The notes: a model not told the origin generated them from the sequence alone. 64,000 nucleotides of DNA from Paraphysomonas bandaiensis (GCA_965644295.1 CBFFRP010000110.1:62001-126000); one strand, 5' to 3'; positions 36,043 to 50,740 are shown, counted from the stretch's first letter. A program made the numbers and translations.

Positions 36043-39000
36043 TGTTGGAATACGTATGGTTCTCTAAGATAGTACTGTAGAATACGTTAAATACAATGTG
36101 AAAAACAGTAATACGTAGTCAATAGTCAAAGGTGCTATATAGCTATAACTGTGAAACTGAAGTATTATATCATGACGATTCAAGAAGATACGGAAGTTGA
36201 GCAGTGGTTGACATGAACGAAATAATTTATCATGTTGTTGACATGTGTTACATGACAACACACACAATTGTGTATACAATTATAATAAAATAATCTATCT
36301 AGTTTGACTAACCTAAACTTCTCTTACAACGATCTTAATCATCTGAAAATGGTCATTTGTCAATATGGTAGCGAATGCGGAGGAGAGAAGGAGGATAGAG
36401 CTGATGTTCCATGGTTCGACGAGAGCAGCGTTGAACAATGGATCGAAGACTTTGAGACGATCCTTATGAGAAAGGAGCAGAGTGAGGTGGCTCTAGAAAG
36501 GCAACCAGAGGAAGAGGATTTCATAATTCAACCCCTGAATAGTCTTGAGACTAAGTCCTACAAAGAAGCGGTGGACAAGTATTGGAAAGCAAATGCAATT
36601 GCCTACTCATACTGCAGAGAGGCGGTGAAGCGATCTCCGAAGGCGCTGCAGAAGTTTCATCTGAAGCACAAGAAGTTCAAGAGATGGTTAGCACTCTTAA
36701 ATCGTGTTTTGAAGGAGGAACACAAAACAAGATTAGTGCTCTTCTTGCTCAGTTTGGATCATTCGAGATGAAGCCAGGGGAGACCGCGAGAGAGTATGTA
36801 CTGCGTTTTGAGCTGCTTCTTCGTGAAGTTCAGACGCATAACCAAACGGTAACGGAAGAATCATAAATTAGTAGGCTGAAGGAGGGAATTATCAGTGATG
36901 AATATGACGGTTTGAATTATGCCCGATGATGTACCATATGAATTGCTATCCAAACGTATCGAACAGATCGACGACACCAAGTATGGGAGGAAAATCATAG
37001 AGAAGAAGCGCAAGAACACGGAGGAGCTGAATCATATTGAAAAGCCTCGAAAGAAAGAGAGAGTATCTACAAAGAGGAAGTGCACTTATTGCTCGAAGAA
37101 AGGTATAATACACAATCATAATACTGAACAATGTAGGAAGAAAAAGGGGGAAACAAAGGGACAAAGACCGGGCAGTAAGGAATATACAGGATGCAGAGTA
37201 TGCAAATCCAAAAACCATCGCGCGAACGAATGTCCCCGAAATTCGACAGGAAAGACCAAGAAACCCCAGAAATCTGACAAGGTTTTCACCTTCGAGAATA
37301 TCCGCAGAGGAGGAACCGAGTCTGACTCGGAGTCCGAAGCGAATATGCATTATGACTGCGCTGTTGATATATATGATAAAAGTGACACATGTATGATTGG
37401 TACTGCTGAACACTTTACATACATAGATACATGCTGTTCATCGTCTATGTTTTTGATAAATGATCAGCAAGTATTCGATGAATCAACTCCATCAGATAGA
37501 GTTATCAGAGGCTCCAAGAAACGGCAACAGGAAGGGTAAACGACTGGAAGGGTATTGAATTCTCCGAAGACATCAACAGATTTCTGTGTTCGGGGAAACG
37601 CTTGAACGATATGGGTTATGAGTTCATCGTTTGGAATGGAATTCGAATCGTGGATCACAACACTGGAGTGATAGTATGCTAAATGGTATGACTGCGGTCC
37701 CTACGCAAACCTTACTGAGTCTGCCAAATGTATCCAGCTGTAGTAGGGGTGCACCAGAAGCAAATTTGACTGATCAGTATGGAGAATGGGCCATTTCAAC
37801 AAAGGGGCTCTAACGGAGGCACATAGAAGGATGTTGTTCACTGGCTCAAATCTGCAGAGGAAGCACCTATCGAAGACTGCATTAATAAAATCTTGTCTCT
37901 GTAGCATATGTGCCAGATCAAAGATTACGAGAGTTTCGTTTCACACAAAGGAGGATACGGATGTCAAGCCGGACATATCGGCTGATGTGCAAGTATTTCT
38001 GAATACTCCCGCTCAAGGTGATGAGCGCTACGTGATCACCCGAGCAGGATGTTCTGGGTAAACTAAAAGTGATTCAGTTTTTTAGAGAGGTGTTCAAAGG
38101 AGAGATTAGGCAATATAAGCTGAGAGTGGACCACTACCACGCTACGCTGATGGAGCTGGAGAACTCACAAACTTAGGAGCTATTTGAGATCACAAGGCTG
38201 CTACAAACATACTTGGTCTTCAACAGAGTGTCCGGAAATGAATGCAGATTCAGGACTGCATCAGAGATGGCGTTGGCGATGTTGTTGCAGTCAGGCCTAC
38301 CGGTTCCATTCTGGTTAGACGCGTATCATGCTGCTCGCTATACACTGATCAGACTCCCTACAAGGACGGACAGAGGATACATGTCCCCATATGAGTATGT
38401 CACGGGTCAGCCACCCAGTTTGAAATATTTTAGAGTATGGGGGTGCAAAACTTATATATTGACACCTAAGGCGGACAGGCGAAAGGACTGGGACGATAAA
38501 TCAAAGATTTGATACCTAGTGGGATATTCGGAAGATAAAGTTGGATACCAGGTGTATCTCCCAGCAACCGATAAGGTAATTACGTGTGTACACATACTCA
38601 CAGATGAGAGTATACCTTCCCGCACCGAAGAATATTACGCAGAAATCGACGCTCTCCGAGTACGAACAGCACCTAGACCAAAGACGGTGAATGATTATCA
38701 GCATCTCGTGAAGACTTTTCACATAGACGATGAAGACGAGCTGTTGTACAAGACCACCAGAGTGGTAGAAAGAAAGGGTGTCATTGTTGGTTATCGGTCA
38801 CTTGTAACTGCGGGGAGAACCCACATTGAGCAGAAGGTACCCATACATATAGAAGATGTTCAGGTAATGACAAGGAATACGCCTGGATACACGGGATATA
38901 CGGGAACGAGGGACGCCTCTAGTACCACTGATGGACGGAGTACGTCCACTATCTCAGCGCCTGAGAGCCATCAGGAGCAGCTAGTTAACCATGGTATTAT

Positions 39001-41359
39001 TCAGGGAGCACCTGATGAAGATATGACTCAAGGAGTACTTGATGAAGATGCAGCTCAAGGAGTACCTGAATATACTGATACTATAAATTCTAACAGTACT
39101 AATACCCTACAGAGAGTATCTAAAAGGGATGCAGAGAAACGTAAGCGTTTACGGAGGAGGCTAGCTAATGCTTCAGTGTTAGGAGTTTAACATGATAGAG
39201 GTAATGGATGCCGATGTAAATGTCATGGATTCAGAGGAGAGTACTGAGAATAAACACGTCCATGAACCGAACAGTTTTCTAGAGGCGGAGAGGTCCTCTC
39301 AAGCGGACGAATGGAGAACAGCCAGACGAATAGAGAAGAAAGCTCTTTTACGAAGAGGCGTTTTGAAGATAGTACGTCGACCATCTGGGGTCAAATTAAT
39401 CAGATGTAAGTATGTTCAAAAACTCAAGCGTGACATACTAGGCAACATACAGAAGTATAAAGCTCGACTAGTCGCACTAGGAAATCTTCAGGAGAAAACT
39501 GAGGAGGAGCCATCTACATTTGCACCGGTCGTAAAAGGGATAACTATCAGGCTCGTGATTGCAATTGCTTTTATGTTCCATATGCATGTACACCAGCTTG
39601 ATGTCAGTTCTTCATCTTGTTATGCAAATTTAGATGAAGATGTCTACATGTACCCACCTCCAGATGAGGAGCTCAGCAATGGATGGTGCTTTAAACTCAT
39701 CAAAGCACTATATGGTTTACGAGCCTCACCGCGTCAGTGGAATCGCCACATCGATAAATTCATAAAGTCAATGCAGTTTAGATCATGCGTGTTAGATACC
39801 TGCTTATATTATCGTTGGCACCAAGGCAAACTTACGTTATTACTCCTGTATGTAGATGACATCATTATCGCATCTGTGGATTTTGAATTCCTTGTTTTTG
39901 TCAAGAACAAGTTCTGCCAAACGTTTGAAATGAGGGAAAGTGCCAAAGTTTCCTAAATATTCGAATCACGAGAGGCGAAGACTGGTTCAAACTAGATCAA
40001 TCAAAGTATGCGGAGAAAATAATTCAGAAATTCAACCATGTCATGGGGAACAGTAGAAAGAATAAGGAAGCTCCGTTGCCATCAAATGTACAAGAACTAC
40101 TAGCTGCAGAACGGGAACTTACATCAGAACAGGAGGACTGGGTCTCACAATTTCCGTATCGTAGTATTATTGGAGCAATCCTGTATCTCGCACTCCACAC
40201 AAGACCAGATCTCGCCTATGCAATCGGACTACTATCGAGATACAGCAGTAATCCTACATACGCATCGTGTCGTTTAGCTATTCATTTACTGAAATATTTG
40301 AGAGGCACCACCAGCAAAGGAATCAAATTCAGTGGGAGTAAGTTTGATTTACATGTATTTAGTGATGCGGACTGGGCAGGTGATATACTAACGAGACGTT
40401 CAACTACCGGTTATATTGTATTCTTATGTGCTGGAGCAATCGCTTGGCAGTCCAAACTGCAGACTACAGTTGCAACTTTCAGTATGGAGTCCGAGTATAT
40501 GGCTGAATATACGGCCATGCAAGAACTGGTGTGGCTACGGGGGGTGTTACGAGAGCTAGGACTCGCATTGACGAAGCCAACCCCATTCTTCATGGACAGC
40601 AAGAGTGCAAAAGATCTGTCAGAAAATCCAGTCTATCACAAAAGATCAAAACATATTCAGATAAAGTACCACTGGGTTCGGGAACACGTAAATGGAAGGT
40701 TTCCTACAGCCAGATTGATTCATGTATCGACTAAGGATATGGCGGCCGAAATATTTACAAAAGCGTTATCTACAAAGCTCTTTAAACTCCATGAAGAAAC
40801 TATCACAGGGGAAAAGAGAAGCATTTCAAATGAAGTTGAGAAGAATCAGAAGAAGCGGTTCAAGAGAGGTTAAGGGTGTGTTTTTAGTGGGTAAGAATCC
40901 CACATAACTGTGTTACAGCGAAGTGTGATGTTCACAGTATCTTTATGAAGATTTTCACATCCGTTTTATCCTAAGATGACTAGATGATATATATAGCTGC
41001 AGTATAATGACGATTACTCGTTTCTACATTGAGGAGGAGTGTTGGAATACGTATGGTTCTCTAAGATAGTACTGTAGAATACGTTAAATACAATGTGAAA
41101 AACAGTAATACGTAGTCAATAGTCAAAGGTGCTATATAGCTATAACTGTGAAACTGAAGTATTATATCATGACGATTCAATATACGGAAGTTGAGCAGTG
41201 GTTGACATGAACGAAATAATTTATCATGTTGTTGACATGTGTTACATGACAACACACACAATTGTGTATACAATTATAATAAAATAATCTATCTAGTTTG
41301 ACTAACTTAAACTTCTCTTACAACGATCTTAATCATCTGAAAATGGTCACTTGTCAATA
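36043..41359 (+). mobile_element. Full-length but coding-defective Ty1/copia LTR retrotransposon
   Basis: LTRs at 36043-36365 and 41040-41359 (about 3 differences), TSD ttctt (36038-36042, 41360-41364), PBS TGGTAGCGAA, PPT TTGAGGAGGAG. Gag (2 CCHC), IN, RT (YVDD) and RNase H are broken into many ORFs. Confidence 0.95.
36349..40873 (+). pseudogene. Disrupted copia gag-pol
   Basis: Fragments in different frames (36304, 36582, 36919, 37786, 38213, 38519, 39192, 40043) separated by stops and frameshifts. Confidence 0.9.
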
Positions 41360-41504
41360 TTCTTAAGTTTTTGAGCTGATTGAAGAATTTTTTCCGCAGA
41401 GCCAACTTCTACTTTTTATAAATGTCCCTACTTTTGTATGCATTCATCGTTCAGTTGTCTCTTCTAATCACTATAGGATATATATATTATATTAAGAGAA
41501 TTAC

Positions 41505-41942
41505 TGTACATACATGTGTAGAGGTGTAGAGTACTGTTTGAGCTGGCGATACATAAAAAATAGAAAATATATCAAAAATAGGCTTTTTTCTTATTTTCCA
41601 GATATTTGTATACATAGACGTATATTTTGCACCATACAGTTAAGGATCTTCTCTTATATTATGACTATCATAATATTGATTGCAATATATTGCAAAAGTA
41701 TTGTGAGCTCTTTTAACAGAAACACTATTGATGGAATATTTGACCAGTCCACCAATCAATATATTTTACAATATATTGTACAATGTATTGCAATACAATA
41801 TATTGTTCCCTATCCCTGGCAGCTAGTGCATTCTAGCATTAAACAATTGCAATTAATTGCAATATTTGAAGTTGAGACAACATATAATTGACTACAACCT
41901 GCGTCAATTAATTGACAATTACTTTATTGATACGCAGCCCTG
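41505..41942 (-). mobile_element. Composite hAT-like MITE ends, inverted copy of 31559-31930
   Basis: Ends in tacgcagccctg with an internal cctatccctg end at ~41818; AT-rich caatatattg subrepeats. Confidence 0.6.
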
Positions 41943-42145
41943 GCAGGAGCGGCTGGAGATGACAAGTACGTTTGAACAAATAGACGACGTGTTAGAATTA
42001 GCAAGCATTATTAGCTATGTCTTAGTACTGCTACGCATTAGCAACTCAATATATATCACATCATCTAGAAAAACCCTCATGTTATATGGTGTCTAGATAC
42101 ATGACCATGCCCATTAACTGTGAAGCATTCTTTCCACTAAGCCAC

Positions 42146-43777
42146 CTATTTCTTGGCAGACTTAGAATTGGAACTATACTTACCTTCTGGAACATCTCGA
42201 TCTGCCCTATGCGATTTCCCCGTTCCACGAGATCCATTTTTCTCTCCACCCGCACGCACCTTCCCGAATCCTCCATCTCGCTTAGGTGGCATTTTGTCAG
42301 CTGCACCACCTCTGTTATCACGTTTGTCGCTACCAGCGATTCCTCGTTCACGAGGGGTACGGGCAGTGGACTTGTTACCTGCTTTCTGCTGTCGCTCTGC
42401 TACATGGATAGGCACACCACGCACAGAAAATGCACACGGATCGGCAACAAGCTTGGCCAATACTTTCGATACAGACGACGAGTCCTGGAAATCGACGAAT
42501 GCATAACCCCGGCTATGCACATCTATCTTCTTGATGTTGCCATAGTCACCGAAGAGTGCGGCCAAGTCAGCTTCTGAGGTATTCTCACCCAGTTGATTGA
42601 CATACAACGAACTACTGCATTTTCCATCCCCATCGCTCCCACTTCCAGCTGTCTCCCCATCAGTTGCAGTAGCAACTTTTCCTGTTCGCACATTGCGGCC
42701 AGAAGCCCCACCACTACCCGATGCGCCAGTGAGGTCTACAGCTGGAGAATCGCTGCTCCAGCTTTTGACAAGATCCGCAAAACTTCTCGGTGCTACAGTT
42801 GTTTCACCCACTGGTCCATCTTGTTCAATTAGTGGCTGCTGATTTCCGGTGCCTGCCTCGACATCGTCAGCACCTCGGAGTGAGACATTCACATAATCAG
42901 GTTCAGAAATAACAGTTGCTGCATCAACGTTCACTTCTGTAGCAGTATCAGTCGGTACAGAGGTCGTATCCAAAACCTCAGCACCTGAGTCAACAGTTGC
43001 GGGTGCATCAGTACATTCGGTAGTGTTATCTACACGGGTGGAATCATCTCCTAAAAGATCATGGGCCAAGAGGTCATCTTGTTCTTTATGCATCTCCATC
43101 TCATTCACAGGGGCATATCCAGTCCCCGCAGATTCGTTTCGGCATGTCGGGTCTTCCGGGGGTGGGGCACCAAACGATGCATCGCCCCGTCCGGATGTCT
43201 CTCTGTCGACACTGAGGAGTCGAAATACTGAGTTGCGCACATAATACGAAGCCATCGTCGTCTGCGTAGATAACGTATAACACTGAACAAAAGTAAACAT
43301 CACAAAGTACCTTCTGATTAAGAGAGGATTGACACGCAAGGAAAAAACTTTGAACAAAGGGGCGAGACGCGTTTCCTGACTTAGTGAATAACCCCGTCAC
43401 AACAAGGAATACTCCATTATGATCAGAGTGTTGGGCATCAATAGAACCTTCACGGAAATCTATACGAGCACCAGCCAGATTTAGTGAATTGACATATTCG
43501 CGAATATTTTCAATCCCAGTAACACTTTTAGCCACCTTTAAAAAATGTCACATGCAACTCAATTGAAAGCACGAATCGCACCTGATGCCCTTCCGAATGT
43601 GAGAAGGCAGATTCATCCTTATAGAAGCGATGGAGTTCGCCGGGGTTCTTCGTCAGCATTTCATAAAATTGCTTCACAAAGCTACGAATTTTTATTTATT
43701 ATTGTGATATTTATATCGGCATAAACAAGTAAGTAAAACCTTTGCGCGATTACATCGGGGCTATAATCTTTCGACAT
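42146..43777 (-). CDS. G3BP: G3BP/Rasputin-like protein (NTF2 + acidic linker + RRM + RGG)
   Basis: FVKQFYEML..NPGELHRFY, VVTGLF...FVQSFFLA, YYVRNSVFR (NTF2); LYVNQL and RGYAFVDF (RNP2/RNP1); RG-rich tail. Confidence 0.9.
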
Positions 43778-44412
43778 TTTCGATTAGGTATAACTCCGAA
43801 TATTACCCTGAACAAGCAAATATATTCCTCGTAGATGAAGAGCTGAAACGATCGCCTCAATATGTGTCAATATCGGTTGGGGCAAGCTATGGATAGGTAG
43901 GATTCAACGCAGTTTACTTCCTACAGCCAGAATGATGATATGTGTCTGTCTGTGTGTGGTGTGCGCTGACTTGTCGATGTGTGGTTTGATTTTCCTCCTT
44001 TCGTTTTTTCTGTGTTCGTTTTTTGCGACTTTTCTAGATTCCATATTGTCTCGAGATTTGCTGTGGAAAATGTGGCTATACTGCTGCTGTAAACCGGTAT
44101 ATTAGGACTTTCCATAATGACAATCCAAATTTTTCAGTTTCCAAAAGTAATGGTTGCTGTTTTTGTATGTATGTTTGAACTATATTATCTGCTGATGGTG
44201 ATGTATGTTATATGATCATTCTAGCTACTACTTGAGGGTATATATCTGTTGGTGGAGCAGTTAAATATACAGCCAATGAACTTACATACGATATGATCGC
44301 CTTACTATAATTATATGAATGTGCTTCATTAAAGCCACAAAAAAATTATTCCATGATATAAATTGGCACAACAGATCAGGCAACATGTATTTTCTGAACT
44401 TATTTTTTGTAA

Positions 44413-45287
44413 GGGCCCGTTCGGTTCATCCAATGGATTTTTGTGCTGGATTTGCATTCGCTGGATTTTTGAGAAATTCCACTGGTTGAGGATGTTCCTT
44501 TTACGGTGGGTAAAAATAAAAAAATGAAATTTTTTTCTTTCGCATTCTCAACACACCGTACCTTACGGTTGGTCAAAAAAAAAGATAACATGGCATGATG
44601 AAAACACCCATTTCTATAGGAGAAACTCTCAAAACCCTGTGTTTTGTAAAGAAAAGGGGGTTTCATGCCATATATATTGAAAAGTTATATGTAGATATAT
44701 TGGATGCATTATGCTGGTTCCAGGACACCGTTTGAATCACAACAAGCGCTCAGCCTACTCGACATAGGCTTGGTAAAACTCGTGATAACAATATTATGAC
44801 TCGAGGTTCCTAATATAGGCCGCAATATTATTTCTTACCATACCATGTATGTTGGAAAGAAATGAAATCATTTCTTACCATGATCCAAAATTTTTTTTTT
44901 TTGACCACCGTAATAAGGAACGGGAAGAGCAAAAAAAAATCATTTTTTATTTTTACCCAGTATGTGAAGCTATCAGACATCTGTCTCTGGATTCTGTGGA
45001 CAATATGCCGATTATTATCTTGAAAATGTGTAGTTTTGTGACATTTTTGAGTGAAAAACCAGGGGATTCTTTAGTTTAGGTTGTGTAATTCATTTTCGCT
45101 AAACCCAAAAACTCACACACACTACAATAGAGAATAATTTTTTCTCGTGTAAATTATTTTACACAACTCCCAAAAATCCTGCCTTTAGTTTTACATAGAT
45201 CGGGGTTTTTTTCCAAATTCCAGTGGATGGATGAAATCCAGCGAATTTGAGCAAATCCAGCACTTTTTTGGTCTACCGAACGTACCC
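44413..45287. mobile_element. PIF/Harbinger (Tourist-like) MITE
   Basis: TIRs GGGCCCGTTCGGT / ACCGAACGTACCC (11/13 match), TAA TSD at 44410-44412 and 45288-45290, subterminal gctggattt repeats. Confidence 0.85.
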
Positions 45288-45446
45288 TAAGAGAGCTGCA
45301 TATGCATATATGGATATGTAGTCGGCACCGTACAGCTTGTACCTAAAAACAAATGCCGCCACCTCTTATTATTTTATACTTTGAAACTCACTAGAAATAC
45401 ACCATTGCGACTTTGGTCTCACACTTTTTTCCATAGAAATCTTAAA

Positions 45447-47980
45447 ATGGACTCACCTCACAATCGTAGTACTTCAAGAAATGAAAATGGTAAGCGAGAT
45501 CGCAGAGTTGAGGATGAAAGAGTACATAGCAAACGACGACGTCGAAGTAGAGAATATAGCCGGAGCAGATCCCCTGATGATTTGAAAACCAGAAACAGTA
45601 TTTCACAATCCAAAACGCGAGATTCAGCGAGTGCCTCTAATGCAGCTGCAATTGCCGCCGCTAAAGCTCTAGAATTAACAAAATCTTTGAAAAACAAAGT
45701 AAGCGTCTCTCAGTGCTATTTTCTGTATATCTTCATATATACTTATTAGGATGCATCAACTTCGAATTCTAAGGCTTTTCATGTGGAGTCATCACGGGAA
45801 GCCTCTATAAAGGAGGCCAGGGCCAAGGAAATCCAAGCCCAACTTGCCGCCCAGGTGATTATACTGTTGCAGTCGGTAGATGTGTAAATTACCGGATATT
45901 GTACAGATGGCTTCTTTTACAAATAGACTAGCAAGTGTTCCGAGTATACAGCTTGATAGGAAGGCAGCGTACAGACCCCTCCGTTTGGATGCATCAGGTA
46001 TAACGTATCGTGAATACAATGAAAGTTGTTAACAGTGGTGCCAGGCCGAGAAATTGATGAGAAAGGAAATTTGGTCAAAAAAGTTGATCAGGTAGCGCCA
46101 GACGATATTTAGTAGAGCATATGTGACGTTTCAATTTCATAGGTCAAAACTTTGGCTGCAAATGTTGCTGTGGGGCAGGCACAAAAGAAAAAAGAAAACC
46201 CTTACCTTTCACACCGTAGTGCTGCGGCTTCTCGCACCAGCGCGAGTGCTGCTGACGAAGCATCAATACCTGCGCAACCAATTGTCGACGAGAGGCTGAA
46301 GACTTGCAACAGAGATGTTAGAGGGAGGAGGACATTTAACTTTGTTGAAGCAGGTGGGTTTTCCTGTTAGCAAAATTTCGTGTCACCACGAGACAGGAAC
46401 TTTCGTTAAGCAGGCAGATCAGCAGCGTCACAAAGAAGAACGTAAAATTATTGCTGGATTTTCCTCTGGTCGCAGAGCCCCGGAAGTATGTGTTTTGATC
46501 TTTCATGGCAGCAAAATTAATCTAATACTTTATGCGGTAGGTTGCTGCAGATGAAAATGATGGTGCACTTGACAACACTGCCACTGAAGTATCTCTTGTG
46601 GACAGTTCGAAAGATATCTTGGTCAGTGTATACATCCTCTACTCTCTTACTCTAATAATGCCAGGTTCCCCCACCTTCTGATAATGGGGTTGTTCCTAGC
46701 ATGGAGTGGTGGGACGAAGCTTTTCTTCCCAAGATATTGAGGGACAATCGAAGAAAGTCGCGTGCGAAACAAGAACAGGACGACTTCGAAGATTTGTCGT
46801 ATAGTAACTGCAAAACTTTCAAGTAGGACCAAAATGGTGGTGTTCTCTCTTGGTGATATTTGTTTAGGTATATTCAGCATCCGGTACCTGTGAAGCCACT
46901 TGGAGGAGACAAACATGACGAGGCGTTACAACTTTACCTCACCAAGCGTGAAAGAAAGCGTATACGCCGCAGCGCTCGGGAGGAACGAGAACGAGAAAAA
47001 CGTGACAAAATGTTAATGGGACTAATTCCTCCTCCTGAGCCGAAGTTTAAGCTCAGCAATTTTATGAAAATCCTTGGTATTTCTGAAGTGTTATTTGTCG
47101 TTTGTCATCCATTGTGTGCAGGTGACCAAGCCATTTCGGACCCGTCGAAGGTGGAAAAACGAGTTGTACAGCAAATGCAACAACGCCAACTCAATCATGA
47201 AATGCGCAACCAAGCTCAAAAGTTGACCCCGACCGAGCGGAAGGAGAAGAAAAGGAAGAAGTTAATGGAAGATACTTCGCGACAAGTACATGTTGCCATT
47301 TTTCGCGTCAAGGATTTTTCTGATCCCAAGCATCGCTTCAAAGTTGATGTTAATGTTCAGCAATTAAACCTTTCCGGAGCTGGTGAGTTGCTCTCTTATT
47401 TTCATTTGCATTCTAATACATATTTAGCTGTTCTCTGTCCCTCTGCGGCAATCAATCTGGTTATTGTGGAAGGTGGTCCCAAAGGTATACGTAACATCGT
47501 GAAATTAATGACTAGAAGGTATGTTTATATATATGTTTATATATTTTGTATATTTGTGAAATATAAATGTTTGTTAGGGTTGCCTGGAATAAGAGAAGCG
47601 AGAATATTGTGAAACGTGGAGCTGTTGGAGATGTTGAGAATCCGTCATACTATGGCAATGCATCGTTTACTCAACACTCTGAAGAAAGCAATGCTGCAGA
47701 CATTGATGATGAAATTAGCAATGCGAGCGACGATATGAAGACAGACATATTGGGTGGTCAATCGCATGAAAATGACGAGGAAATTTTAGTATCTGATAAT
47801 AGATGCGATTTACTGTGGCAGGGAATAGTTGCACGACGAACGTTCTCCGGTTTCAGATTTCAGGAGTGTCGCACATCCTCATCTGCACGCCGCGTCCTTG
47901 AAGCTAAAGGCGTTGCTCAGTATTGGGACATGGCAGTGAGAGCTGATAATATGATATCTGCCACAGAAGAGATATCATAG
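45447..47980 (+). CDS. PRPF3: U4/U6 snRNP protein Prp3 (multi-exon)
   Basis: EWWD, IQHPVP, LYLTKRERKRIRR, MGLIPPPEPKFKLSNFMKIL, DPSKVE, HRFKVDVN, VEGGPK, NRCDLLWQG, YWD. Confidence 0.95.
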
Positions 47981-48277
47981 AATTTGAGCGTAATCACTAG
48001 TAAATTTCTTAATTCGACCAAGATAATGTTTGGACGGTGTGCTTTCTGTTGGTAGAAGCTCGATGAGAATTTCGTTTTTGCAGTGCCAGTGTGAGCAGAA
48101 TTTGTTGCAGCCGTGAGTTATAATATAAGTGCAGTAATTTATGAGGTGGACATTATTTTAAAACGATTTTTAGTATCAGCAGTAAAGTTAGTTAGCTCTT
48201 ACAATACATCTTTTCCAAACTAGTTACGACCAGCGACAACTTCTCTTATAACTCAAGATCTCACTCCTTCTGGACCA

Positions 48278-49305
48278 CAGGGCTGCGTATCAATTATCAA
48301 TTCAATTAATTGATAAGAAAATACCATCTTTTTTGTATTTTTTGTTGTGAAAAACTAATCTTAACGATAAAAATCGAAGAATGATGAAGGACTATAGCAT
48401 CCATCAGGGCTATATGTAAAAGAAGTGAATGTCTTATCATTAGCAATATAGGCGTGTAAGAGACAGAACTAATGATGTAGCAAAAACGAAAGTGGGGCAG
48501 GCTATGTATCAACTAATTGATTTTTTATTAAACGCAATTAATTGTCAACAATTAATTATTGAAATTACAATAATTGAAATTGGGACATCAAATCATAATT
48601 GCAATTATAATTGACTCCAGCTCTTGCTTCAATTAATTGAATTGAAAAGTAGTTAAAAACGGCAATTTTTATTGCGAAAATCTAATTTTTACGATAAATA
48701 TCGACGATTGACGTAAGACTATATATTATCCATGTTGTATGATTCATCTCACATAATAATTTATTTAATTAATAAGAGATATATACATGAGTGATAAAAA
48801 GTGGTACCAGAAGTGAATGCACGAGAGAAAATAAATGATAATAACGAAGAGGTTGCAAAATATAGAGACTTGTTGGCAGTGCCGGGAGTGTCCTGTAGGA
48901 AAAAAGGTGACCTGAAGTATAAGACGGGTTATGGGTGGAGCACCTGTCGCAGCATGCCATGGTCAAATACGATGGATGGAAAGATAAAGTTTTCTTTATC
49001 TTTCCATCCGTCGATGTGGTGGTGCGATGGATAAATATGTTGAGCACAAAATATTCCCTCACAGTGCGTATCACTGATTGGAGAGGGTGATTATGAATGA
49101 TCTTCCTTTTTCTTTTAAAGAAAACCCATTGACACAAAAGAACATTAGGTTGAGTAATAATATTTTGAGATCAACACTTTTATGTTTTTACGCATGACCG
49201 TCGCCTCTGGAATGAAATGACAGTTGAAGTAGCTATATATATATTGTAGTTTTAGTATACTAAATAATTGCAATTATTGAAATTGAAACAGCAACAAATA
49301 AATAG
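48278..49305 (+). mobile_element. hAT-like non-autonomous element, right end interrupted by the copia fragment
   Basis: Starts cagggctgcgtatcaatt. 49198-49305 matches 59023-59140, whose continuation ends in gaagccctg. Confidence 0.5.
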
Positions 49306-49329
49306 ACGTTCGATAATGATGAAGTCGTC

Positions 49330-50691
49330 ATTCGAAATAAGACTACGAACAAGACACTCATTTAATAGACAGAGAAGTGTTAATGGATTATATCCAGTTC
49401 GACTCGAAGACTTACTTCAGCTTGGAGAAGAATCCTCAGCAGCACTTGAGGAGCAGGGATTTGATGACCAGCGAATTTTATGGCACAAAAGACTTGGCCA
49501 TGTGAACTATGATAAACTGACTGAGTCCGACCGCCGAGGCCTAGTTGATGGAATAAATCTGGACAAGAAATATTTCAGAAAAAGCACAAAAAAACGATAT
49601 GCAAATGTAATACCTGCATGCGATCGAAATTCACTAGAAAGAACTTCAGGACTCCACGCCAGTTGATGAACTTAGACAACAACCCAAATGAGAGAGGGGT
49701 GCTCTTCAGTGCAGATACGATGGAAGTCCTAAACACGCCATCGATGGAAGGCTACAAACATGTGTTACTATTCAAGCACAGTGATGCAAAACATGTATGG
49801 GCTTCTTATGATGGCTTGAAAAACAAGACTGGGAGTGAAGTGTTAAAAGTGTATGAAGGACATGGTAGAGACCCAACTTGTCAAAGAAGGATTGCAACTA
49901 CGACGATACCATGCAGATGGCGCAGGAGAATTAGTAGGGCAACATGTCAGGCAGTACTTACGTGAAACCACCAGCACAAGGACTGTACAAGTTACTTGGA
50001 CTCCACGTGACACACCCGAAATGAATTCGCTATCGGAACGCACTAATCGTACAGTGAAGGAGATGGCCTTGCTATCTTGCTCGATAGTGGCATGCCATCA
50101 GTATTTTGGTTCAAAGCTGTCTTGCATGCTGTATATCTGATCAACAGGTTACCTACGAAGACTACGAAAGGATACATCTCACCTGTTGAGTATATTACTG
50201 GAACCGCACCAGATGTGAGTGACTTGAAGATCTGGGGCTGCAAGGCATGGGCTATCGTGCCGAAGGAACTGCGCCGCAAAGAGTGGAAGGAAAAGGGAAA
50301 GCCTGGATACTATATGGGACAATGTCAACAACCTGTTGGACACCAAATATATATTCCAGACCTGGATGCTATTATTGTTGCAGTAAACGCCAACTTTGAT
50401 GAGTCTATTCCAGAGCGTTCACAGGAGTATTTCGACGAAATAGATAATCTACAAATTGACACCTCAGAAACAGCAGAAAGTGTAAATGATTATCAGTACC
50501 TGGTGGGCCTCAGACATCTTGATGGACACCTGTATTATGTTACCACCAGAGTGATAGAGAGAAGAGGAGTCAATGTTGCATATAGGAAACTAGATACGGA
50601 AGGAAATACTACAGAGGAGCAAACTCCAATTCATATACTTGATGAACAAAAACTAGATCAAAGGCAACTAATTATTGGACGTAGTGAGTAA
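49330..50691 (+). pseudogene. Copia integrase-region fragment (third family)
   Basis: LWHKRLGH, RYHADGAGEL, MNSLSERTNRT, LKIWGCKAW; several frameshifts, no LTRs seen. Confidence 0.9.
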
Positions 50692-50740
50692 TCTGAATTC
50701 CTACTCCTCGACCTAATTCCGATGTCACCACACGCTTATA

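Noticed and set aside
31559-41942. One ~10-kb composite DNA transposon bounded by ~400-bp inverted repeats
   Set aside because: The flanks (ttcttaga vs gcaggagc) show no TSD, no transposase is present, and the same ends occur elsewhere as dispersed MITE pieces.
48790-49034. hAT transposase dimerisation-domain remnant
   Set aside because: The resemblance (EVAKY...W...MP) is too weak to support without a profile search.
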